Shown here: one piece after another, positions 1 to 11,896 of the stretch
Layout: every line of letters starts with the position of its first letter
Position numbering within the stretch: the first letter of the stretch is position 1
The notes under the pieces: generated by a model
What the model was told of the DNA's origin: nothing
Seen by the model: the letters and a program-made list of their open reading frames with translations, nothing else
The model's database searches: none
Program-made: the position numbers and the translations under genes
From: an uncultured delta proteobacterium
Lineage (GTDB): Bacteria > Desulfobacterota > Binatia > Binatales > Binataceae
DNA: 64,000 bases
Assembly: GCA_963765675.1 (NCBI GenBank)
Contig: CAVXXK010000001.1
Location: forward strand, 224,001-288,000
Direction of reading: 5' to 3'

Positions 1-221
1 GTTGTGATGATTGACTCTCTCAAATACTGCTTCAGGCATGGAACAGCTTTATATTGCAGTCTGTTCCCGTGCGCAAGATAGTCTCGCTGGTTTCAGTGCT
101 GTTTTCTTTCGCTCTCGAGGCGCGATCAACAGTGAATTAACCCCGTCGTGAAGTTTTGCGAGGATATGATTGGCGGTAGCGCGCGATACCGGTTTGAGAT
201 GGTCATTGATTGTACTTGGTT

Positions 222-1238
222 TCAGGTCTTATAGAACGTATTTGAAATCGCGTCGCGGTACTCGGCGATTCGCTTTGCAGGCAGAAAATTCTGCGGTGCG
301 GAAAGGGTCATTGAGTCGGCGTGCTGCCACAACTGAGCGACGCGTTCGCGCGCCTCGTCGGGTGTGCCGGCAATCGCGAAGGTAGTAACCATTTCGTCGG
401 GTACCGCTCGCAGCATCGCAGGCAAGTCCTTTTGCGCAGCCGCCTCGACTACTGCACGAGCCTGCGCGCCGAAGCCATGCGCAGCGAAATACTTCTCGTA
501 CTGCGCGATACTTGAATAGAATGCGACGGTGCCGCGCATGTCATCGATTGCCTGTTTGCGATCGTTTGCGACCGCCACATAGTTCCATAGATTCACATGG
601 AACTTCTCGCGCGCTCGCCCTGCAATCTCAAGCTCCGTGTGAAGCGTCTTCGTCTGCTCGGCGATCCACTTGAGCGACCACACAGGATGGCCGAGCAATC
701 CGTCCGCAATTTTTGCGGCGAGGACGACCGTGGGTTGAAACAAGGCAGGAAGGTAAATGGGTATCGTCGCTCGCACCGGCCGGCGTCCGGTATTGAATCC
801 CGCGAGGTCGAGCTGGTGGTAGGTTCCATCGACCCGGCCGAGATTGCCTTGATGTCCACCTTCGATAATCGCGCGAACAGTCACGACGACTTCGCGCAGA
901 TGCTCGACTGGCTTTCCATAGACCACGCCGTGCATCCGCTCATTGAACAAGCGAACGCTGGTGCCAAGTCCGAGCACCATCCTCCCGCCGCTGATTCGAT
1001 CGAGATCGAGTGCGTTGAGCGCCGTCTCCATCGGACTGCGCGAGAAGGCCAGCGCGATTCCAGTGCCAATCTTCAGACGGCTGCTCGCCATCGCAGCCGC
1101 GGCCAGAGTTGCGAAGGGCGGGCTATGAAGTTGGGGAGCCCATACTCCATAGATTCCCAGGTCCTCGAACCGTCGCATCAGGTCGGTCATTTCTGCGGCC
1201 GGCATCGCCTGAACGATTTCCCAGTAGTATTGTTTCAC
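222..1238 (-). CDS. LLM-class flavin/F420-dependent oxidoreductase
   Basis: 338 aa; luciferase-like motifs (LKIGTGIALAFSRSP, LDRISGGRMVLGLG, IAGTPDE); GTG start preceded by GAGGAG RBS. Confidence 0.85.
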   Translation of the reverse strand: MKQYYWEIVQAMPAAEMTDLMRRFEDLGIYGVWAPQLHSPPFATLAAAAMASSRLKIGTGIALAFSRSPMETALNALDLDRISGGRMVLGLGTSVRLFNERMHGVVYGKPVEHLREVVVTVRAIIEGGHQGNLGRVDGTYHQLDLAGFNTGRRPVRATIPIYLPALFQPTVVLAAKIADGLLGHPVWSLKWIAEQTKTLHTELEIAGRAREKFHVNLWNYVAVANDRKQAIDDMRGTVAFYSSIAQYEKYFAAHGFGAQARAVVEAAAQKDLPAMLRAVPDEMVTTFAIAGTPDEARERVAQLWQHADSMTLSAPQNFLPAKRIAEYRDAISNTFYKT

Positions 1239-1531
1239 AGTTTATCTCCTCTGCGGATCGCGTTGGTCGATTCGGGCGCGGCGCGAATCCCTTAGGGACA
1301 CGTCCAGGCATTCACGGGATGCGCGGACGAAAGACTAATGCGCCCCGCCAAAGCAATTCAAGCGCTCGGCTCAGTGTTCGGAGCGCCCGCACTTTCGGTC
1401 ACAGTTTCGGAGCAGACCAACTGATGCCGGCAGGTTACTTTACGGCAGCGGAATTAGAACAAAAACGCAATTGGCTATTTGCGAAACTGTCTTCGAAATA
1501 GCCAATTGCTATAAATCGGCCAGAGTTGGTG

Positions 1532-1663
1532 TTAGCGGCGATAATGCCAGTCCTGATGATGATGATACCAGTATGGGGAAGGTCCCATGAAGCATCCTGC
1601 GGCGGCCGTCATCGCGAATAGGATCGCAGCAGCTTGAATCAGCGCTAATATTCTCCTTTTCAT
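1532..1663 (-). CDS. Small putative lipoprotein (43 aa), not in ORF track
   Basis: Hand translation MKRRILALIQAAAILFAMTAAAG-CFMGPSPYWYHHHQDWHYRR: basic N-region, hydrophobic core, lipobox-like AAGC; GAGGTG RBS 7 nt upstream; sigma54-like motif upstream. Confidence 0.7.
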   Translation of the reverse strand: MKRRILALIQAAAILFAMTAAAGCFMGPSPYWYHHHQDWHYRR

Positions 1664-1691
1664 GATCATTCACCTCACAGCTCTCTAAGGG

Positions 1692-1707
1692 TGCATAGGG
1701 AGTGCCA
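1692..1707 (-). promoter_or_regulatory. sigma54 -24/-12 promoter candidate
   Basis: Minus strand TGGCACTCCCTATGCA (GG-N10-GC), 29 nt above the ATG at 1663. Confidence 0.6.
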
Positions 1708-1853
1708 GCAGAATTGCCCATGAATTGCGGGCAGATCGCCCCGCGCAGGTGCGCGTGTACCCGGATTGAGATGAGATGTACTGATTAGATCGTTACGCCG
1801 ACCGTGCGATCCTTAATGATCTGTAATATTGATTTAGAAGCGTGGCTCAGAAA

Positions 1854-1884
1854 TCAGGCCGCGCGCAATCTGCGCGCGGCCTGA
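1854..1884 (-). terminator. Probable intrinsic terminator of BVMO gene
   Basis: Perfect 14-bp stem TCAGGCCGCGCGCA-atc-TGCGCGCGGCCTGA followed by TTTCT on the minus strand, ~50 nt after the stop. Confidence 0.6.
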
Positions 1885-1934
1885 AGACAAAGCCGGAAGC
1901 GCTAGCGATGTTTCGGACCCGATTGCGCAAACCG

Positions 1935-3770
<1,836 letters not shown>

Positions 3771-3937
3771 CGTGCAAACTCCGTGGCTACGGCGGAATTT
3801 CTGGTTCGATCACGTCGCATACTGCAATCCGCCTTAAAATGCTCGTATCGTACCTACGAGATTTATCAAAAATCGGCAAGGGAAGTTACTGAAGCGAATA
3901 TCGTGCGACTACGATTCGAACTTTCGCAGCCTCGCGT

Positions 3938-4975
3938 CTAGCGCGTGATGATACTGGCAGTTCGAGTCTCAGTATCATCTTCGGAAATATCGGATGCTCC
4001 GACTTCCGGAGATTGCTCTCGTGGCGGGCGGCGCTTGAGCGCGGTGGTCCCCAGCAGGCGCGGCATCTCTTCCTGGCAGGTTCTGAGGAAGTTGCGGCGC
4101 ATGCCGGTCAGCTCGGCGCCGTGATGATACGCCATGCACCACTGGCGAAAGACGCCCGCCGGTCCAAGCGGGACCGCGCACAGCTCGCCACGCTCGATTT
4201 CTCCGCGCACCGACCATCGCGGCGCCACCGTGATGCCGTGGCCGCCAATCGCCAATCGTTTGGCCAGATCGAGATCGTCGGTCTCGACCGTGATTTCGGG
4301 AAAGACTCCTGCTTCGATCAAAAAAGCGTCCCACGCCGCCCACAGTTGATTGCCGGGATTCGGGACAATCAGCGGTTGTCCTTGCAGGTCCTTCGCGGAG
4401 AGTCGCTCGCGCCGCGCGAGATCATGTTGCGGAGCGACGATTGCGAGCAGCTCGTCGCGTCCCAACTGCACCATTCCAAGCGACTGCTGCCGTATGGGAA
4501 ATGGAAGCAGCGCGAGATCGAGCTCGCGATGAGCCAGCCGCGCCACCATCGAATCAGGATCCGCGGTCACGACCGACAACGCGATCGCGGGAAAGCGGAG
4601 ATGAAATGCGCCCAGCACTTCCGGAAGCAACGAGTGGCAAAACAGCGCGGGCGCTCCGATTGAAAGATGCCCCGCGGCGCTGTTCGATCGCTCGGCCAGC
4701 ATCGCGCGAACCCGATCGAGGTTGTCGAGCACTTGACGGGCGCATTGCAGAAAGATTTCGCCGGCGGTCGTCAGGCCGACAAATTTGTTGGAGCGCTTCA
4801 GGAGCTGCACGCCGAGGCCGCGTTCCAGCACGCTCACCTGCTGGCTCACCGAGGATTGAGTCAGTCCGAGTTTTTTCGCCGCGCCGGTGAAACTCCGCAT
4901 ATCGGCGACCGCGCGCAGCGTTCTCAGCAAACGAATATCCAGTTCCATCGGCTGCACAAATCTTCTCGATTGCAT
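3938..4975 (-). CDS. LysR-family transcriptional regulator (start may be ATG 4948)
   Basis: HTH SFTGAAKKLGLTQSSVSQQVSVLERGLGVQLLKR plus substrate-binding domain. Confidence 0.9.
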   Translation of the reverse strand: MQSRRFVQPMELDIRLLRTLRAVADMRSFTGAAKKLGLTQSSVSQQVSVLERGLGVQLLKRSNKFVGLTTAGEIFLQCARQVLDNLDRVRAMLAERSNSAAGHLSIGAPALFCHSLLPEVLGAFHLRFPAIALSVVTADPDSMVARLAHRELDLALLPFPIRQQSLGMVQLGRDELLAIVAPQHDLARRERLSAKDLQGQPLIVPNPGNQLWAAWDAFLIEAGVFPEITVETDDLDLAKRLAIGGHGITVAPRWSVRGEIERGELCAVPLGPAGVFRQWCMAYHHGAELTGMRRNFLRTCQEEMPRLLGTTALKRRPPREQSPEVGASDISEDDTETRTASIITR

Positions 4976-5118
4976 CGGACGATAGCGCGCGCGCTTCTCC
5001 GTTGCTGATCAAAACTTAGGCGCTTGTGCTGTCGGAAGCGGCACACGCGCTCTCGTCAAAATCCCTATGCGGATCGCATTCGCCTGAATGCCGCCCGTAA
5101 TCGATGAAATCCTCGCGG

Positions 5119-5134
5119 TGGCATAGGGCTTGCC
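5119..5134 (+). promoter_or_regulatory. sigma54 promoter candidate of nas operon
   Basis: TGGCATAGGGCTTGCC (GG-N10-GC) upstream of the nitrate reductase gene. Confidence 0.7.
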
Positions 5135-5221
5135 GTGATCACTCTGCAAAAGCGCGGCCAGATCGATGCGTCCGCGCGAATGAAAGCGATTAGCGGCCGT
5201 GATTATCGAAGCGAGCATCAA

Positions 5222-7342
5222 GTGACGCAGCAGCCTACCGCGACTCATTGTCCATATTGCGCTTTGCAGTGCGGCATGAATCTGACGAACGACCACGGCG
5301 CCGTTTCGGTTTCACCGCGCGAGTTCCCGACCAACAAGGGCGGCCTGTGCCAGAAGGGATGGACCTCGGCCGAGCTGCTGTCGAATCCGGAGCGGCTGAC
5401 CTCTCCGATGCTGCGGGATCGACGCACGGAGAAGCTGCGGCCCGGGTCGTGGAACGAGGCGCTCGATCGAATCGCGACGCAATTGACGCGTGGACAGCAG
5501 CGATACGGGCGCGACGCGATCGGCGTGTTCGGCGGAGGCGCGCTTACCAACGAGAAAGCGTACCTCCTCGGCAAGTTCGCCAGAGTCGCGCTCAGAACCA
5601 GCAATATCGATTACAACGGCCGCTTCTGCATGTCGTCGGCGGCGGTGGCTGGACGAAAAGCTTTCGGAATCGATCGCGGGCTGCCCTTCCCGCTCGAAGA
5701 TATTCCGCGAGCCGAAGTGATTTTGCTGGTGGGCGCGAACGTCGCGGAGACGATGCCGCCGATCATGCAGTACTTCGAGGAGCAACGCCGCCGCGGTGGC
5801 CGCCTTATCGTCGCCGATCCGCGCGCAACGCAGACCGCGCGCGCGGCGACGCTGCATCTGCAATTGACGCCAGGTTCCGACGCGGCCCTCGCCAACGGAT
5901 TGCTCCATATCGCGACGACGCAGGGTCTGCTCGATTCCGATTTTATCGCGGATCGGACGGCGGGCTACGAAACGGTGCGAAGAGTTGCCGCATCCTACTG
6001 GCCGGAACGCGTCGAACGGTTGACAGGAGTGCCGGTGGCTCGACTGCACGAGGCTGCGTGCATGCTCGGACGCGCCGGCACCGCGATGATTCTGACTGCT
6101 CGCGGCGCGGAACAGCAAAGCACGTCAGTCGATAACCTGCTGGCGTTCATCAACCTGGCGCTCGCTCTCGGCAAGTCGGGCAAACCCTTCTGCGGTTACG
6201 GATGCCTGACCGGGCAAGGAAATGGACAGGGCGGACGCGAGCACGGGCAGAAGTCCGATCAACTTCCCGGCTATCGGCGTATCGATGATCCCGCCGACCG
6301 CGCGTATATCGCGCAGGTATGGAACGTCGCGCCCGAGACGCTGCCCGGTGCGGGCCGTTCCGCCTATGAGATGCTCGACACGCTCGGCGCGGACGACGGC
6401 GTGCGCGCGCTGCTCGTGATGGGCTCGAATATCGTGGTGTCAGCGCCGAACGCGGGACACATCGAGAAAAAACTCGCGGCGCTCGACTTCCTGGCGGTGG
6501 CCGATTTCTTCCTCTCCGACACCGCGAAGCTGGCCGACGTGGTTTTGCCGACGACGCAATGGGCGGAAGAAGAAGGCACGATGACGAATCTCGAGGGGCG
6601 CGTTCTCTTGCGCCGCCGCGCGGTCGAGCCGCCCGCCGGGGCTCGCTCCGATCTCGAAATTCTCGCGGGCCTCGCCGAGCGACTCGGATACAAGAATGCG
6701 TTCCCGAGCGAGCCGCGCGCCGTTTTCGACGAGCTGCGCCGCGCGAGCGCCGGAGGCGTCGCGGATTACTCCGGCATCATCTATGAAAAGATCGCGCGCG
6801 AAAACGGCGTGTTCTGGCCATGCACCGACATTGATCATCCGGGCACGCCCCGGATGTTTCTCGATTCCTTCGCAACTCCCGACGGCCGCGCGCGGTTTCA
6901 TCCGGTCGAGTATCGCGGACCCGCCGAGCAGCCCGACGACGACTATCCGATGTATCTGACCACGGGCCGCGTGATGGCGCATTACCAGTCCGGCACGCAA
7001 ACCCGGCGCGTCGCGGCGCTGCGCAAGGCTCAACCCGAAGCGTTCGTCGAGATCCATCCGGCGATGGCGAAAAATTTCGGCATCGCGGAAAACGACGCCG
7101 TACGGCTGACGACGCGCCGTGGAAGCGCGGTGATGAAGGCGCGGCTGAGCTCCGCGATCAGGATGGACACGCTGTTCGCGCCGTTTCATTGGGGCGGCGC
7201 CGGACGGGTCAATCTTCTGACTAATCCCGCGCTCGATCCGGTTTCGAAGATGCCCGAATTCAAGGTCTGCGCAGTTCGTATCGACAAGGTCATCGAGGAT
7301 CGCTCCGCGGCGGAGCTGGAAATACCCATCATTGGCAATTGA
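5222..7342 (+). CDS. nasA: Assimilatory nitrate reductase catalytic subunit (molybdopterin, 4Fe-4S)
   Basis: THCPYCALQCG...LCQKG, NIDYNGRFCMSSA, TGQGNGQGGRE, DPVSKMPEFK; GTG 5222 likely start (ORF open from 5135). Confidence 0.9.
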   Translation: MTQQPTATHCPYCALQCGMNLTNDHGAVSVSPREFPTNKGGLCQKGWTSAELLSNPERLTSPMLRDRRTEKLRPGSWNEALDRIATQLTRGQQRYGRDAIGVFGGGALTNEKAYLLGKFARVALRTSNIDYNGRFCMSSAAVAGRKAFGIDRGLPFPLEDIPRAEVILLVGANVAETMPPIMQYFEEQRRRGGRLIVADPRATQTARAATLHLQLTPGSDAALANGLLHIATTQGLLDSDFIADRTAGYETVRRVAASYWPERVERLTGVPVARLHEAACMLGRAGTAMILTARGAEQQSTSVDNLLAFINLALALGKSGKPFCGYGCLTGQGNGQGGREHGQKSDQLPGYRRIDDPADRAYIAQVWNVAPETLPGAGRSAYEMLDTLGADDGVRALLVMGSNIVVSAPNAGHIEKKLAALDFLAVADFFLSDTAKLADVVLPTTQWAEEEGTMTNLEGRVLLRRRAVEPPAGARSDLEILAGLAERLGYKNAFPSEPRAVFDELRRASAGGVADYSGIIYEKIARENGVFWPCTDIDHPGTPRMFLDSFATPDGRARFHPVEYRGPAEQPDDDYPMYLTTGRVMAHYQSGTQTRRVAALRKAQPEAFVEIHPAMAKNFGIAENDAVRLTTRRGSAVMKARLSSAIRMDTLFAPFHWGGAGRVNLLTNPALDPVSKMPEFKVCAVRIDKVIEDRSAAELEIPIIGN

Positions 7343-7360
7343 GAGGAGACGTTTTCAGAA

Positions 7361-9838
7361 ATGGGATCACCTGAATCGATCAAAAAGAAGCTGATCGTAA
7401 TCGGCAACGGGATGGCGGGCGCGCGCACGGTCGAGGAGATTCTCGCTCGCGGCGGCGCCGAGCAGTTCGAGATCACGGTCTTTGGCGACGAGCCGTACGG
7501 CAACTACAACCGCATCCTGCTGTCGAACGTGCTCAACGGATCGCAGGATTCTTCGGAAATCTTCCTGAACGGCCTTGGCTGGTACCAGGAGAATGGAATC
7601 ACGCTACGCGCCGGCGTTCGGGTGGACGTGATCGCGCGCCCGCATAAGGCGATCCACTGCGACGACGGCAACTGGTACCCGTACGACAAGCTTCTCATCG
7701 CGACCGGCAGCCGCCCGTCGATTCCGCCGATCGCGGCGTTAAGAAAACCCAACGGCGAATTTCGGCCCGGCGTCTTCGTGTTCCGCACGCTCGACGATTG
7801 CCGCAAGATCGCCGAGTACGCCGCAAAATGCCGCCGCGCGGCGGTTATCGGCGGAGGTCTGCTCGGCCTCGAAGCCGCGCGCGGCCTGATCAATCACGGC
7901 GTCGAGGTCCACGTGATCCATCTCCTGGGTCATCTGATGGAGCAGCAGCTCGATCCGCAAGCGGGCGCAATCCTGAAACACACTATCGAGGCGATGGACA
8001 TCAACGTCCATCTGAAGAAGCTCACCAAGGCCGCGCTCGGCGACAACGAAGTCACCGGACTCGCGTTCGAAGACGGCTCGACCCTCGAGTGCGACATGAT
8101 CGTGATCGCAACCGGCATCACGCCCAACTCCGAAATGGGCTCGCGATGGGGCCTTACGACGGAGCGGGGAATCGTCGTCGATGATCAGTTGCGCACCTCC
8201 GATCCGGACATCTACGCCGTCGGCGAGTGCGCGCAGCATCGCGGCCGCGTTTACGGCCTGGTGGCGCCGCTATGGGAACAGGCGAAAGTTCTCGCGGACC
8301 ATATCACCGGCGCGGATTGCGACGCGGCGTACGAGGGCTCGAAGATCGCAACCAAGCTCAAGGTGATGGGCGTCGAGCTCGCCTCGATGGGCGTGATCGC
8401 GGAAGACGGCGAGCACGAGGACGTCGTCCAGTTCCTGGAGCCCAAGCGCGGCGTCTACAAAAAACTCATCATCCGCGACGGCCGCCTGGTCGGCGGAATC
8501 CTGATGGGCGATATCAGCAAGGCCGCCTACCTGATGCAGGCGTTCGATCGCGGAATCCGCCTGCCGGAAGAGCGGCTCTCGCTGCTGTTCGATACTGGAG
8601 CGCCGAGCGCTCGGGTGACCTTCGACGAGATGCCCGACAACGTCCAGATTTGCAACTGCAACGGCGTCAGCAAGGGCGCGATCATGCGGTGCGTCGCCAG
8701 CGGAAAGCGGAGCCTTAAGTCCGTGACGGAGACGACGCGCGCGGGGACGGGATGCGGCTCCTGCAAGGCGATCGTCGGCGAGCTGGTCGAATGGTCCTGC
8801 AACGGGCAGGTCGAGGAAGACCCTTCGATGCATTATTATGTGCCCGCAATCCCGCTTGCGAAGCCTGATCTGGTCGAAGCCATCCGCGAGCAAAATCTCA
8901 GATCGGTTTCCGCCGTCTTTGACGCGCTCGCGGACGGCAAAGACGATCCCGCGAGCAAGCCCGGGCTCGCATCGCTGCTGCGAACAATCTGGAGCGACGA
9001 GTACGAAGACGAACGCGACGCGAGATTCGTCAACGATCGCGTCCACGCCAATATCCAGAACGACGGCACCTTCTCCGTTATCCCGCGCATCTACGGCGGC
9101 GTGACCTCGGCCGCTGAGCTCCGGCGAATCGCCGATGTGGCCGAGAAATATCAGGCGCGGATGGTGAAGATCACCGGCGGCCAGCGAATCGATCTGCTCG
9201 GCCTCAAGAAAAGCGATCTGCCCGCCATCTGGAGCGACCTTGGGATGCCGAGCGGCCACGCGTACACCAAGGCTTTTCGTACCTGCAAGACCTGCGTCGG
9301 CACCGAGTTCTGCCGTTACGGCGTCGGAGATTCGACCACGCTCGGCATCAAGATCGAAAAGCGATTTCAGGGGATCGAATCGCCGCACAAGATGAAGCTC
9401 GCGGCGAGCGGATGCCCGCGCAACTGCGCCGAAGCGACCGTCAAGGATCTCGGCGCGGTGGCCGTCGAGAATGGATGGCAGATCTATGTCGGCGGCGCGG
9501 CAGGCGCCACGGTGCGCGCCGCCGATCTGCTCGCAACCGTGAAAACTCACGACGAGGTCCTGACCCTGATGGGCCGGTTCATCCAGTACTACCGCGAGAA
9601 CGCGCGCTACGGTGAACGAAGCTACGGCTTCGTCGCGCGAGTCGGAATCGAGCGTCTCAAATCGATTCTAATCGACGACAGCGAAGGAGAAGCCGCGCGG
9701 CTCGATCGCGAAATCGAAGCCGCGGTCGCCGCTTATCGCGATCCATGGACTGAGGGGCGCCATCCGCACGAGCCAACCCAGTTCGCGGACGCCGCGCCGA
9801 TCCAGAGTGAAAATGAAGCGGCAGGAGCGGCATTCTGA
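7361..9838 (+). CDS. nirB: NAD(P)H nitrite reductase large subunit
   Basis: GNGMAG, YNRILLS, BFD-like CNCNGV...GTGCGSC, siroheme/4Fe-4S motifs CKTCVGTEFC and SGCPRNC. Confidence 0.93.
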   Translation: MGSPESIKKKLIVIGNGMAGARTVEEILARGGAEQFEITVFGDEPYGNYNRILLSNVLNGSQDSSEIFLNGLGWYQENGITLRAGVRVDVIARPHKAIHCDDGNWYPYDKLLIATGSRPSIPPIAALRKPNGEFRPGVFVFRTLDDCRKIAEYAAKCRRAAVIGGGLLGLEAARGLINHGVEVHVIHLLGHLMEQQLDPQAGAILKHTIEAMDINVHLKKLTKAALGDNEVTGLAFEDGSTLECDMIVIATGITPNSEMGSRWGLTTERGIVVDDQLRTSDPDIYAVGECAQHRGRVYGLVAPLWEQAKVLADHITGADCDAAYEGSKIATKLKVMGVELASMGVIAEDGEHEDVVQFLEPKRGVYKKLIIRDGRLVGGILMGDISKAAYLMQAFDRGIRLPEERLSLLFDTGAPSARVTFDEMPDNVQICNCNGVSKGAIMRCVASGKRSLKSVTETTRAGTGCGSCKAIVGELVEWSCNGQVEEDPSMHYYVPAIPLAKPDLVEAIREQNLRSVSAVFDALADGKDDPASKPGLASLLRTIWSDEYEDERDARFVNDRVHANIQNDGTFSVIPRIYGGVTSAAELRRIADVAEKYQARMVKITGGQRIDLLGLKKSDLPAIWSDLGMPSGHAYTKAFRTCKTCVGTEFCRYGVGDSTTLGIKIEKRFQGIESPHKMKLAASGCPRNCAEATVKDLGAVAVENGWQIYVGGAAGATVRAADLLATVKTHDEVLTLMGRFIQYYRENARYGERSYGFVARVGIERLKSILIDDSEGEAARLDREIEAAVAAYRDPWTEGRHPHEPTQFADAAPIQSENEAAGAAF

Positions 9839-10209
9839 TGCTCTCCGCAAGCTCATCGATGATGCCGACTAAGGATTGGGTGTTCGTGGCAGGCGTGGGT
9901 CAGGTCGCGCTCGGGCAGGGGCGATGCTTCCTCGTCGGCACGCGCAAGATCGCGATCTTCCGATTGCGCAACGGCGAGGTCTACGCACTCGACGCGGTTT
10001 GTCCGCATCGCGACGGCCCGCTCGCCGACGGAGTGGTCGGCCACAACACGGTGGTCTGCCCCTTCCACGGCTACAAGTTCTCGCTGACGGACGGACGCGG
10101 CCTCGACAACGATTTCGCCGTCGGCAGTTACCCGGTCGAGCTACGCGGCGGGATGCTTTACATCCGGCTCCCGCGCGATCGGCTTGAGACGGCGGCGCGC
10201 ATCGCATGA
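9838..10209 (+). CDS. nirD: Nitrite reductase small Rieske subunit
   Basis: Rieske motifs CPHRDGPL and CPFHG; overlaps nirB stop. Confidence 0.85.
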   Translation: MLSASSSMMPTKDWVFVAGVGQVALGQGRCFLVGTRKIAIFRLRNGEVYALDAVCPHRDGPLADGVVGHNTVVCPFHGYKFSLTDGRGLDNDFAVGSYPVELRGGMLYIRLPRDRLETAARIA

Positions 10210-10214
10210 GAGGC

Positions 10215-11282
10215 TCATAGCGACGCCGCAATCTCCGCGCTCTCTTTAACGAGTTGCTCGACCAGATCTGCCGCCGGCATTGCGCGAGCGAGCGATGCGC
10301 CCTGGCCTGCCCACAGCGAGAGATAGCTCGCGTCGCCTTTCTTCGCCGCCGCGGTGCGCATCGGACGGGTCAGATTGTTCTGCGCGGGATACGGCAGGAT
10401 CGAGCGCTCGTGCTCTTTCATGCTGACGGCGAATGAATTCGGGATTCCGCGCGCGAGCCGGCCGCTGAACGCCCGCGTGAGGATCGTGGCGTCGTCGCGC
10501 GCCGCACGGATCGCGGCTCTGTAGGCCTCAGACGCTCCGCTCTCCGGGCATAGGAGAAACGCGGTTCCCATCTGAACTGCGCTCGCGCCGAGCGCCGCTG
10601 CGGCGACGATGCCGCGCCCGTCCATGATTCCTCCCGACGCGATCACGGGAAGCGGAACCGCGTCGGCGATCTGCGCAACCAGCGCCATCGTCCCGACGAG
10701 ACTGTCTTCGCACGAAGCCAGGAAAGTTCCGCGATGCGCACCGGCCTCGCTTCCTTGGGCGACGATCGCGTCGACGCCCGCGGCGTGCAACGCTCGCGCT
10801 TCAGCAACGGTCGTGGCCGTTCCGATGAGCTTGATGCCGCGCGCTTTCATCCGCGCCAGAACATCCGCCTCCGGGACGCCGAAGGTGAAACTGAAGATCG
10901 GAGCCTGCGCCTCCAGAACCGCCTTCACCTGCTGTGCAAATGGCGGGAGCGAGCTGCTTGGGTTCGTAGGGGCGGGCAGGCCGAGCTTTGCGTGAAACGA
11001 AGCCATCACTTTCAGCATCTCCGCCGAATCGTGCGAGCCGGTGCCGTCGGGACCGCCGGCGAACAGGTTAACCGCGAACGGCCGATTGGTCAGTGACCGA
11101 ATCTCGACGATCGTGCGCGCGATCTCCTCGGGCGTCATGTAACCCGCTCCCATCGAACCCAATCCTCCCGCATTCGACACCGCCGCTACGAGCGCCGGAG
11201 TGCTCGTTCCACCGGCCATCGGCGCCAGAATGATCGCGTGCTTGACGCCTAACCAGGAAGCAAATCGATCAAATCGCCGCAT
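10215..11282 (-). CDS. Nitronate monooxygenase (2-nitropropane dioxygenase family)
   Basis: APMAGG, VSNAGGLG, QGSEAGAHRG, ASGGIMDGRG, TRAFSGRLARG, LWAGQ; ATG 11282 has an AAGGAGG RBS. Confidence 0.9.
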   Translation of the reverse strand: MRRFDRFASWLGVKHAIILAPMAGGTSTPALVAAVSNAGGLGSMGAGYMTPEEIARTIVEIRSLTNRPFAVNLFAGGPDGTGSHDSAEMLKVMASFHAKLGLPAPTNPSSSLPPFAQQVKAVLEAQAPIFSFTFGVPEADVLARMKARGIKLIGTATTVAEARALHAAGVDAIVAQGSEAGAHRGTFLASCEDSLVGTMALVAQIADAVPLPVIASGGIMDGRGIVAAAALGASAVQMGTAFLLCPESGASEAYRAAIRAARDDATILTRAFSGRLARGIPNSFAVSMKEHERSILPYPAQNNLTRPMRTAAAKKGDASYLSLWAGQGASLARAMPAADLVEQLVKESAEIAASL

Positions 11283-11409
11283 TGCCACTAGGCCTCCTTG
11301 CCCATGGTTGAACACCTACCGAAACGACCGCTGGGATGCGAGTATAATCGCCGGGCAGGAAATCAACCGTGACAGGCAGCTGATCGACTCACTAATCACT
11401 CATTTTCAG

Positions 11410-11868
11410 ATGATGGCAAAATACAATCGGCTTGCGAACGCACTGTTATATGGTGTCTGTGGGCGGCTCTCCGATATGGAGCGTAGGGCCTTCTTCGGAA
11501 GCATCCACGGTACTCTTAACCACATCATGGTCGGCGATCGGATCTGGATGACCCGATTCGAGGGCGGTGAAGCGCCCTCCACCGGACTGGATGCGATTCT
11601 CTGTGATGATTTTGCCGAACTGAGGGCGGCGCGCGGCGTCGAGGACTCGCGGATCGACCGTTTCGCCTTGGGACTAAGCGCCAAATTTTTCGAGGGATCG
11701 ATCACTCACGTGAACAACCAGGGTAAGCGGTACTCCGACCCGATGCCCGTCCTATTCGCGCACTTCTTCAACCATCAAACTCACCATCGGGGCCGGATCC
11801 ACAACATGCTTTCGCAAGCGGGAGTCGAAACGCCCGTACTCGATCTCCATCGGGTAATCGTACCCTAG
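11410..11868 (+). CDS. DinB family protein (start uncertain)
   Basis: AFFGSIHGTLNH and HFFNHQTHHRG motifs. Confidence 0.8.
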   Translation: MMAKYNRLANALLYGVCGRLSDMERRAFFGSIHGTLNHIMVGDRIWMTRFEGGEAPSTGLDAILCDDFAELRAARGVEDSRIDRFALGLSAKFFEGSITHVNNQGKRYSDPMPVLFAHFFNHQTHHRGRIHNMLSQAGVETPVLDLHRVIVP

Positions 11869-11896
11869 TCAGGCGGCACTCTCTTGATGTGACGCG

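Noticed and set aside
1-67. Possible gene start running off the left edge (ATG at 39, minus strand, MPEAVFERVNHHN) and inverted GGAACAG/CTGTTCC
   Set aside because: Only 13 codons visible; not enough to support a call
1509-1721. 70-aa ORF in the track
   Set aside because: Shadow of the 43-aa lipoprotein in another frame, which has the RBS and signal features
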